This document shows positions 56,531 to 64,000 of a stretch of DNA of 64,000 bases, one piece after another; the first letter of the stretch is position 1, and each line of letters begins with the position of its first letter. The notes under the pieces are model-generated. The model saw only the letters and a program-made list of their open reading frames with translations. It ran no database searches and was not told where the DNA came from. The stretch is from contig OX597823.1 of assembly GCA_951406725.2 (NCBI GenBank), positions 109,492,001 to 109,556,000 of the forward strand. Direction: 5' to 3'. A program made the position numbers and the translations under genes. Source of the DNA: Octopus vulgaris (taxonomy: Eukaryota).

Positions 56531-57534
56531 TAAGAAAGATCTGATCAGAAATGAGCCTATGTGCTTTCGGTTCCATTGGAAAGGACATGTTACACTGGAC
56601 AGAATGTCTAGCTGCTGTCAATACCCTTTCTATAGAGTTCTCGGGATTACGCTGTCACTGATGGTGGTTCGGAAGATGCTATGATATCTGAGCGAATTCG
56701 TAACACAGATGGTGAACGCATATGGCCATCATTTGTGAGACGTGTCCCTCTAGATATTACCTCTTTGATCGAGGTGCAGTCTTTGATTAGGTGTATACCG
56801 AAATTGTCGCATTACTCTATTTTCAGCTAAGTATTGCGTTCGGTAGAACCGGAACACCCATATACTATAGAATGTTGGTAAATATGAATGTCTTTGAATT
56901 TGGAACTTTTCTAGGTATAGCCTAGAGCAGTCACTTCTAGAAGTTTTTCATATCTGGTGTTCTGAGGAATATCCAACAGTGATGATGATGATGTCATCGA
57001 ATAGCCCCCTTCCCAGCAAATTTTCATGGCCTTGTGCCTAGAGTTATAAAAAATTAGTATTATTTTGCTTGGCTGAGTCTATGCAACTTCAGGTAAAATG
57101 CTGCGCAATCTTTGCTTTGCCTTTCTTTGTTCTCAATTCAGATCCAACGAGAACAACTTCGTTTCATCTCGCCGGGGTGGACTGTCGGTGGGTTTGATTA
57201 ATCCCCTTTACTCATAATTACTAGGTTTGGGACTAAATCCCGAATAGTCTTTCATCGGCATCATCATCATCATCATCATGAAAACTCTAGTAGCAGTAGC
57301 AGTAGATCTTGTAGTACATATTTCTTGCTAGCTTCAATTCTTTCTTTTTTTTTTTTGTGGGTTTTGCAAGGAAAGTAATTGGTAAAGAAGGAGGCTTGCC
57401 TTGTTTGGTTATTTATTTGCCTTACTTTGCATGGAGAATATTTCCCAGGGAACAGATTTCTTCGTAAGAACGATTGATTACAAGACCGAAAGATGAAAAC
57501 AGACACATACATTGCGTTTTAAATATACGTATAT

Positions 57535-57695
57535 GTATGTATGTCTATAAGGTTGTGTGTGTGTGTATGTATGTGTGTATGCATGTAAATATGTATGTGT
57601 ATAAGATTGTGTGTGTGTGTATGTATGTGTGTATGCATGTAAATATGTATGTCTATAAGGTTGTGTGTGTGTGTATGTGTGTAAATATGTATGTA
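57535..57695. repeat. About 54-bp tandem repeat, roughly 3 copies
   Basis: [54 protein letters not shown] repeated. Confidence 0.85.
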
Positions 57696-57790
57696 TGTGT
57701 ATCTCTCTCTCTTTCTCTTTCTCTCTATGTATGTATGTTTTTATATATACTCACATATGCATATATATGTATATTTTATGTATATATATA

Positions 57791-58355
57791 CTAGCAGTAT
57801 CGCCCGGCGTTGCTCCGGTTTGTAAGGGAAATAACTATATAAGCATTTTTAGAGAGTTATAGCCAAAAAATAGCAAAATAAATGCATTAAAAACGGAAAA
57901 AAATTTATGGTAAATTTTTTTTTAAATCGTTGACTCATCGTAGACATTTTCTGTTTTGGTGTCTTCAAGCCATGAAGTCGTTGTTCTAAAAGAACGCTGG
58001 TCTCCTTGACAACGCTTTACGACGTTGATTTCCTTACACTCCCTTCCCCACAGCTTCACGAGGGAGGGAAGAAGGGGGAGAAGCAACACAGGTGCAGGCG
58101 TGAGCGTGGACGCCAACTCCGCCGCCATCGACACACGAAAAAATATGCATTAAAATGGAATAAAAAATGATGTTAAATTATTTTTAAAATCGTAGACTCA
58201 TCGTAGACGCGCGCTAATACCCAGACGGGCTCGGTATGGATCACGACTATAAGATACCCCAATTTGGTTAAACTGCACCGCAAAATGTGGGAGTAGTTAG
58301 GAATCTAAATCGAAGGGGACAGACACTCACACAACTACAGTTTTATATATATAGA
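57791..58355 (-). mobile_element. Complete non-autonomous Helitron
   Basis: Minus strand A|TCTATATATATAAAACTG ... CCGGAGCAACGCCGGG hairpin, CGATACTG-CTAG|T. Inserted between A and T with no TSD. Confidence 0.88.
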
Positions 58356-59740
58356 TATATGTATATATGTATGCATATAGACACATACACATGCATCCGC
58401 GGGAGCGTGTGTGTGTGTGTGTATGCAAGTGTGTGTTTGTATCTCCCTGTCTGTATGTGTGTGTTTGCTTGTGTACGTGTGTGTGCTTGTGTGAGTGTTT
58501 ATATAAAAAAAAAACGTATAAAGGACGTGTGAATGCATGTGTAGGCACCAATGTGTATGTTTGTGAGAGAATGCTAGTGTGTGTAAGTGTTTTATAAGTT
58601 CCTGTGTGTGTATATATATATATATATATATTCGCGTATCTATGTATGTCACTCTCCTAATCAACGTGTATAAGTGTATCGTACCATAAGTCCAATTTAG
58701 ATTTCATTTTCTAAATGACAATTGCCGTAGAGTATCTTTGTATTAGTTGACTACGGAGAAAAGTAATAAATAACCAAAAAAACTTAATGACATTGGCGAT
58801 GATACTCATGATATTGGTGACTACACTAACACCTACTGTAGGGCACACACACACACACACACATATATATACATATATGTATGTATTATATATATATATT
58901 ACATCATATTATATCATATATACATATTATCTATGTATACATGTATTTACAAATGAATATATGTGTATATGAATTTAGACATACGCATATATACATATAT
59001 ACAAGAATTTTATACATACACATTTACATATACTTATATACATGATTTATGCACACACACACACATATATATATATATACAAACATACATATACACACAT
59101 ATATATACATACATACATACACACATATATACATATATATACATACGCACGCAAACACACACACATATATATATATGCATACATATACACACACATATAT
59201 ATATATACATACATACACACACACACATATATATATATACATACATACACACGCAAACACACACACACATATATATACGTGTATATTTATAAAGACAGAT
59301 ATGTGTCTACGTAAATTCTCTGTTTGTGGATCTATGTGTTTACGTTTGTAACATATACATAAAAGTAGCAGTTATTGGAAGACACACACACACACACACA
59401 CTCACACAAAGACATTGAAAAATACACGATGTTCTTAAAATTCTGTTATATCTTCATCTATATATATTTTTTTTTCCCGTATTTTGCGCTTCTTTTCCTG
59501 TCGTGATTTCTTGAAACTGTTTATTTACTTCCACTGTGGTGGTACTATGGTGATTATATTGCGGAAAGGAATTTTTTCTTTTCAGTTGTATGACTTTTGT
59601 CTATGGAACTGTGTTTATGTTGAGACTGTGTGAGTGGCCTGAATGTCGTTGTGTACACATACGTACATGTGAGTTTGTGTATGTGTGTGAGTATACACGT
59701 GTATATGTGTGTGTATGTATCTATGTGTGTGTATGTGTGT

Positions 59741-59782
<42 letters not shown>

Positions 59783-60924
59783 AAGTAGAGGTGAAAAAAG
59801 AAAAACGACTTTCTTTGAAGCAGATCTGACTGAGATATTATCAGCATTTGATTCAGTTTCTTTCTCTTTTTTTTTTAATAATTTCTAACGTAGTTCACTT
59901 CATTATCGTATCTAATATGCCTGGTTAACTCACGATGACAGTAAATTCCTTTCTCATTCTATTCAAAAGTGTATAATTTTCTCTCTATATAAGTAATCAA
60001 CATGTAATATTCCACTACCTCACTCCTATGTAGATGGGAAATACTTGACAAAATAATATGGTAGACCAATTGTAACATACAGATGTGATTTCTAATCTAC
60101 TGCAGGCATTTCGAAGTTTCTGCATTTCTGGTTACACAACTCTATTTTACGTTATCTTTGTGGACATAACTTTCAATGAAACCCAGTATATCGTAAATTG
60201 CAGCTTATCTACGGGTATTCTCATCTCTGATCTGTTGAATGCCATCTCAGCTAAAAATAAATAATTCTGTTAAAGCTATTCGCAATTAAAGTTGTATTGA
60301 GAGACACACAAATGATAATGTGACGGGAAGAGCCATAAAATGAGAGGTAAAGTCTTAATAAACCATATTCGTTTGGTTTCAGGATTGAAACCGTTTACTT
60401 TCCTCTATTTCCTTTGTTTTTCAAACAAAAGCACGAAGATGCATGATCCAAACTTGTATCGTGTCCTTATTTCTTTGAAGATACGTGTCACAGTAAATTT
60501 TCTTTTTAATGAATTAAATATTTCTAGCTTTAAAAATAAACTGACCATGCACTTGAAGACCACAGACAGAAGTCGTGGAAAGTTGAGTGACTATCTATGG
60601 TCATATTGCACTGCTAGACTGTGGTCGAAATACCTTAGAAAAGATAGTAGAATACTCTGAGCATTGGAAGACGTATGCAACGTGGGTGTCACCGGACTTG
60701 AGTTGCAATTTATAAGAGAGAGGAGTGGCAATTTGCACTGATCTGGTAGAGGCTTTTGAATCTCAAGATGATGCTACTTTTCTACAGTGGTGTAAAGAAA
60801 TGAAAAAGTGTCCCAGGTTTCAATACTAATTGCAAAAGACTGTTTCGTGTCCTGAAAGATCTTATCCGTAATAAGTAGTTAATATTAGCCTATGTGTTGG
60901 TGGGTTGTATTTGTTTTATGTAGT

Positions 60925-61140
60925 TTACTCTTTTACTTGTTTCAGTCATGTGACTGTGGCCATGCTGGAGCACCACCTTTAGTCTAGCAAATCGACCCCA
61001 GGACTTATTCTTTGTAAGCCTAGTACTTATTCTATCGGTATCTTTTGCCGAACGGCTAAGTTACGGGAACGTAAACACACCAGCACCGGTTGTCAAGCGA
61101 TGTTGGGGGACAAACACAGACACACAAACATATGCACACT
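60925..61140 (-). mobile_element. SINE A 3' half
   Basis: TTACTCTTTTACTTGTTTCAGTCATGTGACTGTGGCCATGCTGGAGCACC...GGGGACAAACACAGAC. Confidence 0.9.
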
Positions 61141-61364
61141 CATATATATATATATATATATATATACTATAGAGACGTTAAACGTGAGATACATTAGGTT
61201 ACATGCTCGGCTACTATTAATACTTGCTGGGTTAAGCACAAAAAATAGACCACATGACCTGTATTGGTGAGACCGAGGGCCTTAATGTTCCTCTAGAAAT
61301 CTGGTAATTAACTCTTGCGATATATGTATGTGCATACATATACATACAGACACAGACACATACG

Positions 61365-61420
<56 letters not shown>

Positions 61421-62090
61421 CGTATTTAGAATTGACACGCATTGTGGAAGAGTGCATGTGGACGTCTGTAAATCTGTATATTTATGCATGCATGGACTTT
61501 TTCTATGTCCATTTCTATGTTAATGCAGATATTTGTCCGCGTGTGTGTATACAGTGTGTTCTACACGTCACGAGAGAAATTATTAAAATTGACTTGTTTC
61601 AGTGATTTATTCCAACTAAAAAAAAAAATCAATGAACCATAACGAAGCATGTATCTTATTTCTTGTTTATGGACTCTCGTGGTATCCACCTTCTCATACC
61701 CTTACTCTATTTCACTCCCACTCCTTCTCATCATCGAAAACATCCTCCTCCGCCTCCTCCGCCTCCTCCGCCTCCTCATTATTGTATTCGATCAACGTCG
61801 CTGTCATACTCGTCACCATTATTGTAATCAGAAGATCATCACAATGTTCTTCTGACATGTTATTTGCTAATTTTGCTGCTGTTGTTGCTATTCCTGTCGT
61901 TAGTGTTCTTGTTTTATAATGGACGCCGACTTTCCTAGTGTGCTGTGTTTGCATCGCTGTCCATCTGGTGCTTATCTACTCCAGTCCTGCCCTCCTCTCT
62001 CAACCTCCTACGTGTATGTGTATTTATATACATACATGGTCAAATATGTAAATTTATATATGAAGTTGTATGTGTTTATATCTATAACTA

Positions 62091-62134
<44 letters not shown>

Positions 62135-62916
62135 GTATAAATATATGTATATATGCATATATATACATATATATGTATTTGTATATATATCACACATATA
62201 TATATATATGTATATATATGGATGTATGCAATTTATATATTTATATACATACGTGTGCCTATATATATATTCTTGTCTATGTATATATATACTTATATGC
62301 ATATGTGTGTGTGTATATTTATAAGTAACAATATATGCATTATAATATATATATATATATATTTAATATTTATAATATATAATACATATAATATATAATA
62401 TATGTACACACACATATATTCACATATATATATATATACATACGCATGTTCATTCTACCATGCGTCCTAAGCAGCTCTGCACATCAGGACACCCAGCTGT
62501 GCCACCCCTTAGCCACCCGTTCATAGAAGTGTCAGTATAATGGACTACTGCATGTTGATGTCACTTCTCTTAATCTATTCACTCACAGGACGGTTTAATA
62601 TTGACAATTAACAACTGTAATAAAATAGATTAAGAAGTTGATATAAAATTCAAATTGCATTAAAATCCAATGAATATTAATAACTGATTATATGTTTAAT
62701 GCGGTGGCAGGAGTGGGCGAGATACAGAGGACCAAAAAGGAAAACAAATGTATACACTGAAAAAACAAACTGTATAATCACAATATTTTGATAAACACAT
62801 TTACAAAAACTCCAAACGAAACACAGTGGCACACAGAAAGCAACAACGAATAACTTTCCCTCGATGTATGTATATATGTCCGTGTGTGTGTTTGTGTATG
62901 CATGCATACGTACATC

Positions 62917-62986
<70 letters not shown>

Positions 62987-63055
62987 GACAGACAAACAGA
63001 CAGGTGTGTGTATATATACGTGCGTGCACACATTCATAGGTGCATACATTCATGC

Positions 63056-63086
<31 letters not shown>

Positions 63087-63540
63087 CGTACATACATACA
63101 TACATACATACATACATACATACATACATACATACATGCATACATGCATACATACATATATACATACATGCAAAGATATATACATACATGCATGCATACA
63201 TAATACATACATACATACATACATACTAAGAGGCAGGCAGACATATATGTATATGTGTGTGTGTGTGTATTTACATATAAGCACACGCCTGCAATTACGT
63301 GTGTGTACGCACACACAAATACACATATATATACAGACACATATATATGAGTTGGTGCACGCACTGACATATACCCAAACATACACGTACATAGTAAGAA
63401 CAGGGTAGGAAATATAAAGTGGCCCTAGGGGATTTTAATGAAATAAAGAGGTGAAATATAGGTAGAAGTAGTAGAATGGGTGTGGCACAATATCCTCCGG
63501 CTATGAAATACTCAACATAAAAAACACGAAGACAAGGTGT

Positions 63541-63583
63541 TAATGATAATATCGACAATAATGATAATAACAACAACAACAAC

Positions 63584-63657
<74 letters not shown>

Positions 63658-63692
63658 CAAAAATAATAATAATAATAATAATAATAATGATA
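63541..63692. repeat. (TAA)n/(CAA)n microsatellite
   Basis: Direct reading. Confidence 0.95.
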
Positions 63693-64000
63693 AAAATTGG
63701 TTGTAATAACAAATAAAATAAAGTGAAGAAATATAATTTTCAAAAACGTTAAAATGTTTATATTTTTCTAAAACTTGTCCCCACTGATTGTCGTCCATGT
63801 TTGTTTTGTTTTCCCTCATTTTAATTTTAAGTGATATCAGTAGATCAAATTGCAATTCTTCTCGAAGTATAACGAAGTTATGACAAGCTGTGATGGCTGC
63901 GGTTGATATTGCTGTATGATGACTGTTTTAGTTCTGGTGGTGACGTTGATGATGGTGCTGCTGGCGGTGTTGGTTAGTGGTAATTGAAGCGGTGTTGTGG

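Overview
AT-rich, microsatellite-saturated eukaryotic DNA with no recognisable host protein-coding exon, tRNA, rRNA or CRISPR array. Nearly all supplied ORFs are translations of (TA)n/(CA)n/(TACA)n/(TATC)n/(TAA)n tracts. The repeat content looks like a coleoid cephalopod, most likely Octopus, intronic or intergenic region (inference from recalled SINE families, not from a database search). The window holds three tRNA-derived SINE families, labelled A, B and C here (about 35 copies or fragments). It also holds decayed LINE pieces of four kinds (APE+RT CR1/L2/Jockey-group, Tx1/L1-like, RTE, and two R4/Dong-like RLE families), non-autonomous Helitrons, a mariner-like MITE and short Penelope-like ends with degenerate hammerhead motifs. 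The most interesting structure is how these repeats relate. SINE A shares its 3' tail with the APE-RT LINE, and SINE B shares one of two alternative tails with the Tx1-like LINE. Two different RLE retroelements each sit in a different microsatellite, (TAA)n versus (TACA)n. Several local fold-back or template-switch rearrangements, some pivoting on (TA)n tracts, create long hairpins. No new gene system can be supported from the sequence alone.
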